From positions 3,732,829 to 3,796,828 of the forward strand of contig CM074807.1 in the NCBI GenBank assembly GCA_037447605.1: a DNA stretch of 64,000 nt, written 5' to 3'. Every line of letters begins with the position of its first letter. The first letter of the stretch is position 1. Below the pieces are notes generated by a model. That model was given only the letters and a program-made list of their open reading frames with translations. It did not search any database and was not told the origin of the DNA. Shown here in pieces: positions 11,897-25,130 of this stretch. Source of the DNA: Zygnema circumcarinatum SAG 698-1b (taxonomy: Eukaryota; Plantae; Zygnematophyceae). Both the position numbers and the translations under genes were made by a program.

Positions 11897-12981
11897 CAGT
11901 AAGCCCCCCTAATATTTTCCACCCTAGGTATTTGCGTTTCCCAAGCGGGGAAAAATTCATCCCAAGAAAATCGCCTTGATTTTGAGGAAACCACTTTTAG
12001 TACGGTAAGTCTGTGTTAATGTATTAGGGGTGTTAACCTATTTTCAATCCTCCTCCTAACATCTTTTTCTGTTTTATTTTCAATACAGAATCTGTTAATC
12101 GAAACGGCTTTCAAACATGGGTCACGCTATTCCGATGTACTTCAAGTACGGCTCAAATCGTACGGTTGACGTACGGCGCCAATAGGAGCTCGCGACAGGG
12201 CCCGCCGGGCGGCCATGCGCCTCCGTACAGAGGGAAACAGTACGGCCACAGGCCGGTCTCGAGAACCACGGCAGCCCGCCTAATGTTACCACGGACTTCC
12301 TACTATTTTCAAATTCCAAGATTCCAGATTTCAGATTCCAGATTTTCGTCCAATAGGGCGTGTCAGACTTAAAAAATTCTCGTAATACTAAAAACTCGAT
12401 ATTCGTAACATTTCGAGTCAACGTCACTAAAACTAAAATTCTCGAGCGTAGTTTTTCGCACTCGCGGCGCGGTCCTGTTCGCACTCCGCGATCGCCGTCT
12501 TCGCACTTCTCCAAACGCCGTCTTCGCAACTTCGCCCTCGCGCGGGGCCCTCAGACTTAGAAACAGCGCCGGCGCGGCGCGCGGAGACCGCTTGTCGTTG
12601 TGTCGTGTTGCGCGTCACGGGCGGGCGCGGGCGCGGGCGCGGGCGGGAAGCCGGGAAAACAACCATGACGTCACGTTGACGCGATTTTCGCCAGTATTTT
12701 CTTCGCACGTCCATTTCGGCGCCTCTTTTGGGTGCGAACAAAATCGTGCGAAGAAGTGCCCTTTTTAGTAAACCCCACGGGTCAATCTTCGCAACGTTGA
12801 CCCGTTGACTTAGCACAGTTGACTTCCGTTCGGTTCGGTTTAGGTTCGGGGGCGCGATGATTTTTAGTACTTAGTAACATCGATTCTCGTAATACTAAAA
12901 ACTCGATATTCGGAACATTTTGTTAAGTCTGACACGCCCTAATATCGGCCGAAACCATCGAAAATATTAGGGGGGTAACTG
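11897..12981. mobile_element. Non-autonomous Tc1/mariner (pogo-like) element
   Basis: Imperfect TIR CAGTAAGCCCCCCTAATATTTT versus reverse-complemented right end CAGTTACCCCCCTAATATTTT. TA on both flanks (11895-96, 12982-83). Confidence 0.78.
12356..12939. mobile_element. MITE nested in the Tc1/mariner-like element, superfamily unresolved
   Basis: Perfect 17-bp TIR GGGCGTGTCAGACTTAA / TTAAGTCTGACACGCCC, extendable to TAGGGCG.../...CGCCCTA. Internal 30-bp direct repeat ATTCTCGTAATACTAAAAACTCGATATTCG near both ends, plus GGTTCGG subterminal motifs. TSD is ambiguous (TA or AAT) and no 8-bp TSD is present. Confidence 0.8.
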
Positions 12982-13107
12982 TAACAAAAGGTTCTGCAGA
13001 CGTGGCGCAATTTGATTGGTTTCACATGGAAGCTGGAATCGTTTTGAAATTACAGCTGGGTGAGCGACGGGCGGAGGGAGAGGGAGCGGGAGGAGTGGGA
13101 GGGGGAG

Positions 13108-13206
13108 CGGGAGGGAGGGAGAGGGAGAGGGAGAGGGAGAGGGAGAGGGAGAGGGNNNNNNNNNNGGAGAGGGAGAGGGAGAGGGAGAGGGAGAGGGAGA
13201 GGGAGA
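13108..13206. repeat. (GGGAGA)n tract interrupted by an assembly gap (N 13156-13165)
   Basis: Direct hexamer repeats on both sides of 10 Ns. Confidence 0.95.
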
Positions 13207-13850
13207 GTGACCATTGATATTGCCAACAAATGGTTTGGCCTTGAACCATTGCAATGGTTGGTCTTTCCACATGAAGCCTCTGCAATAAGTTCTCCACTTT
13301 CAGAGTTAGGAATCAGATCGAAGGCCTCCGCCTGACGCCGGCGAAGGACACAAAAAAAATCGAAGTGCGAACTAAGCTGCCGGTCAACAAATCCTTCTAA
13401 TTCGAATTTGCCCTTCAAAAGATAAAGAAGGCAATTGCACAGAAGCCATATTTCGGCCCATCATGAGCGGCTTCGTACCTTCATCAAAAAGAAGGCACCA
13501 GTCACTTAAAACAAATTGAAGAGGCCCCACACTTAGAGGCTGTCAATACACATAAAATTCTCTATGCACTGTCAGGATTTGTGGCTCTAAAGAATGCACA
13601 GACAGAGACTCCATACTCGTATTCCTGATCGACCCAATATTGGAACCATAGGCGGAGCCCATCCTACTTGCGCTGTACACATTAAAGAATAATCAAAAGG
13701 TCCCCTGAGGAAAATACGCGCACCATACAAGAGAAATTAAGCGGGTATTACTAAAAAAGACATACTTTAAACAGACACATTTTCCTCCTCGCAAGGAAGA
13801 ATGAAAGCGTTCCACTTTGTCGCCAAGAGGAAAAACTTTGAGACGTGCGC

Positions 13851-14658
13851 CTAGAGGTGGCTGTCCCGATTGTATAAGTTGACCGTGTTCTCCCTCGTTA
13901 TGGGCACACTCCTAGCCCTCCTCCTTCCAAAAATCCCTCCCAAAAGAGACTTTTTCCGCAGGCCGGGACTGTCCCCCGGCGTCCACTCATCCTCTTTAGG
14001 GAAATCGTGGCTTGCAGTGAGCCTTGGACCCTCCTGCAAAGGTAAATGACACATAGCGACACAGCCCACATGCCAATGCTTAGAATCTTGAAACCCTAGA
14101 GATCTGACAGTCTGAGCAAGTTTGAATCCTCTTTTCACACAAATTGATATAAAGAGTGAGCCTCACAGAGAGCAGCGAAACAAGGGCAAGCTTTCCAAAG
14201 CAGGCTCATTGTAAGATACATTATTGATGGCCAAATTTCTAAAAATTCTGAAGTGTTCACTTAAGGTAGCGTTCAGCCTGTTGACGGCAAAAAACCAATA
14301 AAATTTCAAGAGCAGCACGTGCCTTTCGCCCAGAGATAGCCAAAACTACGCCCACCCTAAAAACCAAATCTGATAGAAGCACAGACCTCCGCAATGACAG
14401 AATGTTGAGAGTCCGCAATTCGGTATTTGGTTGGTCGTGAACGTGAAGCACTCCAGCGCGAGTGATGCTCCAAAAGGTTTTCAGGCGAGGGAGAGCGGCC
14501 GAGGGAGGAGTTAGTGGAGGGAGGGGAGGCCACAGCGGGAACATATTGACTTCCCAAAGGAAAGCAAAGGGAAGATTCGTGCGAGTAATTCTCCACACCT
14601 GAGACACGAATCAGTGACCACATGTCATCATCATCTAAACTCTTGACCTCTGGGTGCA

Positions 14659-14689
<31 letters not shown>

Positions 14690-17243
14690 CTTTCCCTCCT
14701 TCCCTGCCCTCATTGTGCTTTCGCTTTTGCCTGCCTGCCCTCTCATCAGATTCTCTTCCTTCTCATCATCGTCTACACCTTTATCCTCTGAACAATTCTC
14801 GTCAACCGCTTTCACCAACTGCCTCTCGTAAATGAAAAAAAAATCAACTTGCACGCCCACTGTCCTCCACCTTGGTCAATAACTTTCTCTAACTCTCCTT
14901 CACCCTTCCTCCCTTTTTTTGGGGATGTATGTATGCACGCAGAGGTAAGTGACTGAATGATAACACATCAGGCATCTCAAGTTCATAGTCACTGAATGAA
15001 AAATAGCAAGAGTGCTGCACTTACGGGATTGTATACTTTCTGATAGCGAAAGTGGAAGCATTCTCCCTCCCCTGCGGAGCAGGAAAAAAAAAAAAATGAT
15101 AGATCAATACGTTAACCTACCTGCACGTAGCCGCTATGGATCCTTTCAAAAACAGTACAAGAAAAAAAAACGAACGGAGTTGCGAAGGAGTGGGAGCGAA
15201 AGGGAAGCACGACTCTGACAAAGAAATTCCATGACTAGATAAAGCTACCGCAGATATGTTTGCTACTAATATAGGCATGGGTTACAGCAGCCTAAACCTA
15301 AAGAATGGGATCAACTCCCAACGTTCTGCACTACATCCTCAAGGCAGCTGAAATCTGGAATCTTTTACTATTCTTTATCTCAGCCGAAGTAATGATGCGA
15401 TCAATGGCTTTGACCAACCGTGAAGCTATTCTAGCAAACACAGTAGGTCAAATGCCAGAAACACACCCAGAAATGGTAGAAATTCGCTCCGAATGCTTCG
15501 ACGACTCGTTCCGTGGCAACAGCAGTTGAGGAGAACGGGTTGGCGAAGACTCTGTCACACAGAATATTCTGAGTCAGAAAGAAGGAACATTGCAGTTCTC
15601 GTAAAAGAATTAACCATGGAATTGGCAAAACAGTGAGAAACGACAATCCAATGAAAAGAGGTTTTGCGCTTCGAAAAAATGCGAAATGTGTTATACGAAG
15701 AGTCTCTTTTATCAGAGGGCTCAAAACAAGCGTCAGCACCTCAGTTTCATATCCATAGTTGTATATTTACTGAAGCTACAAATATACCTGTCTCAGAGAG
15801 TTCTGTAGGCGAAGAGGGTCCAAAATCAAATGATTCTCGAATTATGTAGGGGAGCACTTCTTCTCCTTCTCCAGCATCCGCAACAGCATCTGCAGTGACG
15901 CCAGCATCCTATCTATGAGCTCATGAGTTTGTATGAAAGGATTGTAGGCCTAAGCCCTATAAGACTTGTTGAGATGAGAATCTCACTTGGTTGGGAACAC
16001 CCAGAACATGTACATGCTTAAACTATGGGCCGCCCGTGCACATAGTCGCGCGGGTAGTTTCTTAGTTTGGGTTCGGACAAGACAATGGCCGAGACTTGCA
16101 GTCAGACATTTACACTTCACATTAGTGGACAGGGCTCTTGAATGAAAGAAAAAGACTGCTCCAAACGGCTAATGCTCTTGCCTGGTGCGGCGTACGTTTT
16201 TGGGAGGCGTGGAACAGCCTTTGCTTGCTGCTGCCGGTTCAACCCATCACGCCCTGAATACTCCCAGCAAGCCTGTAATCTCTGCACTAATAATGGAGAA
16301 GTGACAGAAGACAACGCATCCATAAGTTGCAGAGTGTATGTTTGAACATGCTTCCGTGCATGTTTTATAAGGCTTATCCAAAAGAAGGTAGGCACAGGAA
16401 AATGCACCTGATGCAGGGATGCCACGTGTACTTCCGCGGCGTCCACTTGAGTGGCCTGTCGGGCCGCCTCCGAAGCCACTTTGTGCGCAACGTTTCCCAA
16501 ACGGTCCACGAGACTGACGAGCATGCTCACTGCATAGTCGCGAACATTGCAAATTTCCCTGCAGACCGTGTGCAAGTCGATGCCACACTACATGAATACA
16601 CAAGTATTCAATCAAGCAAGCTGCCACTGAATCGATGAACGCAAATGAAGCCCTTCTTCCTAGAGACTGAAACTGCTGCTCGTTGGAAAACTTGTGGAGT
16701 GAGGGATGAGGTCTCACAGATCTTTGCGATCACTGCAGAGATATGCTGCCTCTGCATAATCCGCCGCATCTCGCAACAGAGGCCGTAGCGCACGCAACTC
16801 CTGCGCACATTACCATACAGCAATTGAGAAGCGCAAATGCAGTGAAAAAACAATGTGGATGAAGTGCTCTGAAACAAACAAGAGAGAAACAGGGAAGGAT
16901 GGGGAAGGCAGAGAGGAAGATGGGAGAGAAAAAAGACGAATTGAGGGTACGCAGAAGGGAGAGAGGTGACGCGAGAAGAGGAGCAGGAAGAACAAAAAAT
17001 CTGGGGGAGGTAGGAGAGAACTGGAGGATAGTGCAAGAAAAAATCATCAACATGCGACATCATCCTTCATTCTTTCCCAAGCTCCTCCGAGCAACCCTAA
17101 AACTCCACACAGCAAATATTAATGGCCGGGCGGATAAAAGCGGCCGCAGAGCATCTCACCTGCAGCGCAACAGTGAGCTCGTCTGCAGCATTCAATGGCG
17201 GCTGCTCGCCGCTCCCTGAACGCTGTTCCCTGTTAGGCGCCAT
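13851..17243 (-). CDS. ABIL: Abl-interactor-like (ABIL) subunit of the SCAR/WAVE complex, about 10 exons
   Basis: Phase-consistent exons: 17243-17160, 16800-16718, 16558-16408, 16281-16182 (GC donor), 16094-16024, 15908-15788, 15551-15467, 15071-15025, 14598-14387, 14033-13851. ELRALRPLLRDAADYAEAAYL and VRDYAVSMLVSLVDRLGNVAHKV match plant ABIL (ELKNLRPQLYSAADYCE / LKDYAVKALVNAVDHLG). Basic C-terminus KKSLLGGIFGRRR. The central low-complexity exons are less certain. Confidence 0.85.
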
Positions 17244-17459
17244 GGAGGAACTAACCCTAACCCTAATCCTTCTTCCCTTGTCGGGAGGGCAAGTTCCATG
17301 TGTGCATATTTGAAAAAAGCAAATCTATCTTGTTGCGATGCATCTGGAACTGGAACTTCTGAAACTGCAACTGTGACTGAAACTGAACTATTTAGTCGGG
17401 TACCCAATCAGCATATATCTGCTGTTTCACCAAACTTAACCGCCATGTAGTAGCGGTTT

Positions 17460-17500
17460 GCCACGTGGACATCTACGGCCCTTCTTTCTGCGCCACGTGG
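17460..17500. promoter_or_regulatory. Tandem G-box/ABRE pair in the 675-bp ABIL/VPS26 divergent interval
   Basis: GCCACGTGG twice, with CACGTG cores at 17462 and 17494, between head-to-head start codons at 17243 and 17918. Confidence 0.55.
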
Positions 17501-17917
17501 CAGTCCTGCAGCCTCCGGCAGCCATGGCTGACGGCCCTCTCTTGCCCAAGCGTTGAAGCAGGCCAGGCCTCCTCTCTCTCTTCTCTCTATTCTCTCGTCC
17601 TCTCCCAGGAGAAGCGCAGCGGTGCTTCTTCCGCCTTGCGTGCAGCGCGAGTTCGATTCTTACCCTAAACCCGCTAACAAGCGTTTGTCCTTGCTTAACT
17701 TTCGCTTCAGAAGACAGAGAGAGGAGGCAGAGAAAGAGCGGCTTCTTGTTGTTGTGATATCGTGCGTTTGTTCGTTTGATCGACGTCGAAAAGTCGGGGA
17801 TTCAGAAAGAGGAGATCAAGGAGTAGCAGCATCTGGAGCACGAAGACAGCTTGACTCGCTGTGTGCAGAACAGAGGCGGAAAGGAGGTTGCTGCGGAGGA
17901 AAGGTTCAACTGCAGGG

Positions 17918-20900
17918 ATGGTGAGCGAGGACTCTTCAAGGCTAGAGGAAGGGTAGTTTGCCTGAAAGAATCTGTGAGGAGGGGCTTCATGCCTCTGTTT
18001 GTTTTGAAGATTGTATTGATTAGGATTCCACGCTCACAAGCATACTTTTACGACGTTTTTATTCTATGTTTGATCATGTTTAGAAGAAGGTAATTATGCC
18101 GGAACACCAAGACATGTAGCGGTTTTCCTGCTAGGGCATAACGTTGCAGAACTAGCTGGCACGATTTGAGTCTGCAGAGCGATTGTATTTATACATAGAA
18201 AGAACGGTGTGGTAGCGTAGCATTAATGAATGAGTCACTTTAAAAAAAACAAAACGGCTCAGTTCATTTCATTTTTGGTACTATTACATTGGTTCGTGTA
18301 CACTTTTGCAGAGTTTGCTCCGCGTCATGCGCTCTTATTCGGCAGTTTATAACTTTAACTGACCAAATATTTGGCCAAGGATTTGCTTAGAACTGAGACA
18401 TTGTCAGTACTGCACTCATAATGCCATGTGAGCTGCGTCGCTTTTCGTTCACTGGCAGAATTTTCTGGCTGGAGCATTTGGTCCTCCTTGTACAATTGCT
18501 ATCACCTTTGAGGACGCAGAAACCCGGAAGCAGGCACGTCTCGTTCCCCTGCTTACGATAGAATTGAGAAACTTTTAATGGTATTCTGTACACCACGGCT
18601 GTCTGGTGGCTGATGGCAAAGCTAGGCTCTTGGGACATCAGGGGGCATGCGGACCCGGCTCCTTTAATTTCTACTCTACATGTTGCTTTGAAGAACCTTT
18701 TTGGCAGGGATTTCCCCCTGTAGTCTTTTCTGCATTATCAACTTTGGCATGGTTCAGCTTTTGCATCTCAGAAAAGTAACGGATTAATCATCGAATACAT
18801 TCTCGGAGTTTGTACAGGCGCAAGTAAAGCGCGAAAATGGACAAGTGGAGCTAGTGCCACTCTTCCATGGACAAGAAAGTGTTTCAGGAGAGGTGAACCG
18901 TCATACCAATGCAAGTTTTTCACGATGCAATAGGTTCATTGTTTTCTAGTGCATGTCTGCATTGTGTTACCGTTGTCCTTTTTCTATGTTACTTTTAGTG
19001 TAAAAGTCTTTATTCTTAATACACCATACTAAAAAGGAGGTAATCCGATCTTCGACATCGTTTCAGATTAAGTTGCTGTTTGAATGCCTCTTTTGGAGCT
19101 CTGGCTTTGGAGGGCTATAACCAATCCATACTAACCAGAGGGAATGAGAAAGCTGGAGCACTCAAGGCTATGACGTCCAAATACTTAGTGCATAGTATAG
19201 GAGCTTATATCTATCTTAATATGTGACGGATATGGGCTTTTTATCGCTGCTGAAAAGATGTATTGTATGGGCATATGGTTGTAGGTTTGCATTGAACCAT
19301 TGCCCGGGAAGAAGGTGGAACATACGGGCATCAAGATTGAGCTCCTTGGACAGATAGGTGAACCTCATTGACCAGACATGTGTCTTTAACTTTTTCTAGA
19401 GCATTTGGTTGAGCAGCAGTATGGGTCTATGAAGTTACCGTATCCGCTCCTGGCGTTGTTTTCTAATTGTTCCTGTAATGTCATATCCTATGTGGAATTC
19501 CTCCACAGTCTAAGATTTCTCCTGGAAATGGGTTTGCAGAGCTCTATTTTGACCGGGGAAACTTCTATGACTTTACGTCACTTGGTACGTTTGTGGAATC
19601 GGCCATTTATTTTGCTTTCACCTAGGCCAGTACACTCATAGGTTGTATATCGGCATTTTAACATTCGAAAAGAACAAAGACACAGAGGCTGCTGGATATG
19701 CATCTGTTGGTGTAACAGTTGTCAAGGTTCAGGCTGATCATTCTTTACGTCAGCTCGGAGAAAAGCTTGGCTTGGCTACAAAGATGCTTAACATAAAAAA
19801 TTCTGCATGGTGTGCCATAGCCATGAAGATGAATGTTGACACTTCACTCTGTGAAGCTCTGCAGTGAGAGAATTGGACGTCCCGGGAGAGATTTCAGACA
19901 GGAAAACGTACCCTTTCGATTTTTCCAAGGTGGAGATGCAATATGAGTCTTATAACGGAGTGAATGTACGCCTCAGGTTAGTTAAGGGACCGCCGGCATA
20001 AAGGACGGGTTTAACAATTGGCATATTCTGGCCTGTTCGGCTTGATACTTAGTCTGCTTTAAGTATCGTTTCATTTTGTGAGTTTCCTCAAATGCATGTG
20101 TGAGTGGCTTAGACTCTCCTGCCTCGTGTTTTGGAGCAGGTATCTCCTGAAGGTGACAGTAAGCAGGAACTATGCTACCAATATTGTGAAGGAGAAGGAC
20201 TTCTGGGTAATGGCACAGACTGACAACCTCTTATTTAATAAAATACGTGTCTCGACACTGGATGTTCTGTATGCACGACCAATTCAACAATTGTGCAAGT
20301 CGAAATCAGTTATGGGTCTACGTGAATGGTCTCTATTGTAGTGCTGAGGACTGTTCTAAAGGATTTTGTTTTTGCAGCTCGGCAGATACTTTGATCTGCT
20401 TTCAGAAAGACGTAGTTGTATGCTGCATTCTGCGAAGAGGTTATGTCATTAGTGTGCAGCTCATGCTTTCAAAACTGTTCGCGTGTGCAGGTTCGGAATA
20501 TGACAGTGCCCCCTGAAATAAACAACAGCATTAAGGTGGGCTCCAACTTTTCTTTGCAATGTGCTGTGTGCGTTAGGACTTTCTCTCGACTGCATTTTGA
20601 GGCTGGGGTGGACCTCCTTGTAATGGAGATAAGCGTCAGGAGTGGCACCGATCCTTTAAGCTAACAATCTAGTTATTTTCTAGCTTTCGAAGTTTTTCTG
20701 TATTGCCGATTTTGTTGATTATAGAGAATCTACATTTACTTTTTTGGGTTGGATCGTTGCTGGTTGACTGGGCAAGGAGCGGCAGTATTTTCTAACCCTG
20801 GTAGTTTATCTGGTGAATTCTATGCAGATGGAAGTGGGAATCGAAGATTGTCTCCATATTGAGTTTGAGTACAGCAAAAGCAAGTGAGCTCCCTCTTACG

Positions 20901-21548
20901 GATTGCCTTCAACCTCTAATCCACAGTAGAAGTGGAGCTGGAAAATTCAGAATTCTGAGTTTGGATTGATGGAGTCGAAATGCTAAACCTGGTGGACATT
21001 GTTCAGTATTGTTTGTCTCAGCCTGACCTGCACAGCAGACAAACTGATGAGCTGATGATCCACATGCAAGCTGAGTCTTTGTGCAGATACCACCTGAAGG
21101 ATGTAATTGTGGGCAAGATCTATTTCCTGCTTGTTAAGATCAAGATCAAGCACATGGAATTGGAAATTCGGCGGCGTGAGTCGACAGGTTCGGGGCCCAA
21201 CACTTACAATGAGAGTGAGACTCTCGCCAAGTACGAAATCATGGATGGGGCCCCTGTGAGAGGTAAGCACCTATGCTGTAAGCGTCTCTGCTGTGATTCT
21301 CGCGGCTATCTTGCAGATGTGTGAAGTAAGGACTTCAGAAGTTAACTTGAGGAAAGGAGTGGGTTGTTGTATGTGAAGGCGAATCCATCCCTATTCGATT
21401 ATTCTTGAGCCCCTATGATCTCACGCCGACTTATCGGAACATCAACAACAAGTTCAGTGTGCGCTATTATGTGAACCTTGTGTTGGTTGACGAAGAGGAT
21501 CGGCGGTACTTCAAGCAGCAAGAAATTACCATCTTTCGGAAGGAGTGA
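17918..21548 (+). CDS. VPS26: Retromer subunit VPS26
   Basis: ATG-only first coding exon (17918-17920, donor GTGAGC). Exons follow at 18459-18533 (GC donor), 18818-18892, 19285-19357, 19540-19584 and 19865-19976, then near 20140, 20490, 20828, 21087 and 21378. Motifs: GKKVEHTGIKIELLGQIE, YFDRGNFYDFTSLV, YESYNGVNVRLRY, MEVGIEDCLHIEFEY, YEIMDGAPVRGESIPIRLFL, DEEDRRYFKQQEI. Confidence 0.96.
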
Positions 21549-22864
21549 AAGGGGCACTATCCCTATCTTGTTTCCCCCTCTCTGCCGGTGGAGGTCCTCC
21601 CTGTCCTTAGTGCCATACATGGAGGGAGAGAACTGTTGGGATTAGACCCGCCCTGTACATCTCGAGACTTAGCATTCCAGAAGTGATGCTTTACGGTGCT
21701 CACCTCCACGCTGCGCATTTGATGTACATTTTAAGAGGAGGCAAGCCTGTATGGCGACCCACCCTCACGCAGGAATTCCATGCAAAGCTAGGCTTGGTCT
21801 ACGGCCTCTGCAAAGTATTTAGGAGATGTAGGAGTCTCTCCTTCCATAGTGGCAAGATTCCAGTGGAGAATGCAGTGATCGAGTGAACCCTAAAAATCCC
21901 ACTGGTGTTCATCCTGATCTCCACCCGGCAGTCTCACCTTCAACCAAGTATATTCATGTACACATGAGAGGCTGTCCGAGCATCCTTCCCTCCGTTTAGG
22001 GTTTCGTAAGTCAGTGTGCTCTTCTGGGAGTGCAGGGGAGTGTAGCCCAAAAATGTACCGGGTGACCATTCTTTGAATTCAAACATTGTCAGGATTGGTA
22101 GCGGTTCACCTGCAGACAGTCTCTCCACTGCGTGCAACCTTCCATGTGCTTTTTGAAGCTATCGTTTGGATTCTGCAACGTGGGAAGTATCGATTTGCAG
22201 GTTTTAAGGTTCCTTGGAGCATAGTGATGCCATCCGTAGTTGTTCTTAAAGAGGATCGGTGAAATGCATGTGTTGCTAACCCTATAAACCATAAAAAGGA
22301 AAAAAAAACACAATGACATTACTGAGGCTAAGGCTGACCCAAAACTACCAATCAACGGTTCTTCAAAGCCTTGAAAAAACCACGAGCGTTTTCGGTAAAA
22401 TTTGAGTGACGTGACAGATTGCGGTGTACTGAATTTCTTGACAAAACTAGCGCAAAAGTACACGTGGCGACTAATGGTTGGTTGAGTGACATATCATTTA
22501 AAATCAGAACTGCGTCTATATGCAGAAATGTGAAAAATCCATTGAAAATTTAACGGCTAGTAGAACTGTATATGACACATGTAGCGCGCTAACATGTGAC
22601 GGCAGTAATAAAAAAAGTTGTGAATTTCTGAAATGGCTTCAAAAGATATTGCAAAGTCTGTCCCCCTCGGACGTTACTGCTCCGTATGGGGAAGGAGACA
22701 GACGGAGGCTGATGAGGGCCTGAGCGGGAGGGGAGAGGGAGAGGGAGAGGGAGAGGACGAGGAAGAAGGATGCAGGAAGCCATAACCGTCAGACTCCTGA
22801 CGAGAAGCAGGACGTTGGCGTTGTCGCTGCCGCTATATTTCTTTTGATTGAGGATTTGAGAAGA

Positions 22865-22977
<113 letters not shown>

Positions 22978-23065
22978 AAAGGAGAGGTAGATAGAGGAAC
23001 AGGAGTGGCTGCAGGAGCCGCACTAGGTAGTGCAGTAAAGGGTAACAGAAAGACTCCGTTAAGCC

Positions 23066-25130
23066 ATGGCAACAAGGCAGCAGCAGTTCTACACCCCACA
23101 AGCTCCTGGTCCTCCTGGACCTGCTCCTATGAACTGGCAGGCGGGCCCGGTAAGTGCTGTTAGAACTGCAAATTGGCTGGTTCATCGCAGCAGAGGTTTG
23201 TCTCTGCTTGCAGATGCGCAGCTTCTTTACAGCAAAGTGTCCCGATGCACGATGCATGCACTCTTGCCCTGACCTAGTTTGGATACGCTGTTACGTAATC
23301 TGTCTACTCAAATTAAAAAGGTAATGAAGGCGTGCTTGCGGACAAGCTGATCGATCCATAGGCTTATGGTCTATTTCTGTGGATTCTTGTCTCACTCACA
23401 GGGGCCTGGAGGCGCGTTTGAGGTGTTTGGAGCTCAGGCTGGCTCCTCGCATCCCCCTCCACAAGGAGATGATGCTAATCCTTTGAACGAACTCCTTTAC
23501 GGAGCGGGATCAGGCTTCATGCGGAGTGGTCTGGGAGCTTATGGTGAACGAATGCTCGGAACTGGAAGAGATTTTGTTCAGGCTAATGTCAGTTTCTGAA
23601 TACATCTAGAATCGGCCGTTTTTTTTCTAGCAATGTGACGCTTCTACCTTGATCGATATCCTCCCTCTTCTTGTGCTTTTCGTAACACAATGTAGCAACT
23701 TTTTGTCGTCTTCATTTCAATGGGATAAATTCTTGTTGTGGCGACTGTGCTGGTTTTACTCTTTCAGGTAAACAGGTACTTTTCGTCTAAGGACGTCCAC
23801 TACTACTTTCAGGTCAACGATCAGTACGTGAAAAACAAATTGAAAGTTATCATGTTCCCCTTTTTGCACAGGGTGAGTGATAATTTTTTTTTTTTTTGTC
23901 GCACTAGCCCCTTTCAATATGCCCTCGGTCAGTTATCCAGGTTGGGTCATGCTCAGTCCGGTCACCAACAGTTGTGTCATCGAGCTGTTCTTCCATTCTC
24001 AGTTCGAGATTTTGCATCATTTCATAAACCTGCTTGTCAAACTTAAACTTGGACGAGTTAGGGTGAGGTCGTTGAACTCCTTGTTTACGATTTTTGACTA
24101 TTGCCGGTGCTTCCTCTCAGGGTCATTGGACAAGAGTTCCAGAACAAGTTGCTGGAGGGCTAACATACAAACCTCCTCGAACTGATATAAATGCTCCAGA
24201 CCTCTATATTCCCGCCATGGCCTTCTTCACCTATGTCGTTATGGGTAGCCTAGCCGTCGGGCTATCTGGAAAGTATGCATCAATGCCGAGTGCCAGCAGG
24301 CAATGTAAAAAATTTAAAAATTAGGTTCTTAATATGTCTGTGTCTTTCAAATAATATTAGGTGCGAGGTGTTCATATTCTTCGGAGAACATGAGTTTTAA
24401 GAGCTAGGCTGCAAAACTGATCCGACCTTGGTTTCTTGCCCAGTTTGAGCGCAAACTACATGACGGGTTGATGGTTAGCAGAAGAAAGAACGAAGTGATG
24501 GTGAAACGAATAAAGTTAGGGAGCAGCTGACCAGCTGTGCATTTTCAGGAACGAGACGAGCTGTTGCATGCAAAAGAAACTATTCTGACTGTGCTTTTGG
24601 CCCGACTGTTGCGGCAGATTCAACCCTACCATGATGAGCTCAAGATTCACCCGAGGCCTGATTGGATGGGCGCTGGAAGTGGTCCTGCTCCGCTCTCTCC
24701 TGTACACATTTGGCAGCGCTGAAGCGCCTATTCTCGACCTAGTGGCCTATGGCGGGTACATGTTTGTGGGCATCTCCTTCACCATTTTGTGTTGGGCGAT
24801 TTGGCACCATTTGTACTACGGAGTGATCATCTGGACAAGGTAAGGTTTTAGCCGTTGGATTCTTTAGAATGAGCAGAAAGTTGCACATGCTGTATGCAGG
24901 GTGCCCACCTTCCCAGCAGTAGCGGCGAGGTCGCTAAGTATGGCTAACGGCTTTTCGGTTGTTCTGTTTGATGCAGTCTATGCACAGGAATCTTCTTGGT
25001 GAAGACAATGAAGAGAGTCTTGTTTTCAGAGACGAGAAGTTACTCCCAAGAAACAAGCTTGCATCATTATTCGCTCATCTTCCTCGCGCTGGCACAGCTC
25101 CCTCTCTCATTGTGGCTGGGAATTCTTTAG
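23066..25130 (+). CDS. YIF1: YIF1/HRF1 ER-Golgi integral membrane protein, 6 exons
   Basis: Exons 23066-23149, 23402-23587, 23768-23872, 24121-24272, 24618-24839, 24977-25130. Motifs: [69 protein letters not shown]. Confidence 0.95.
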
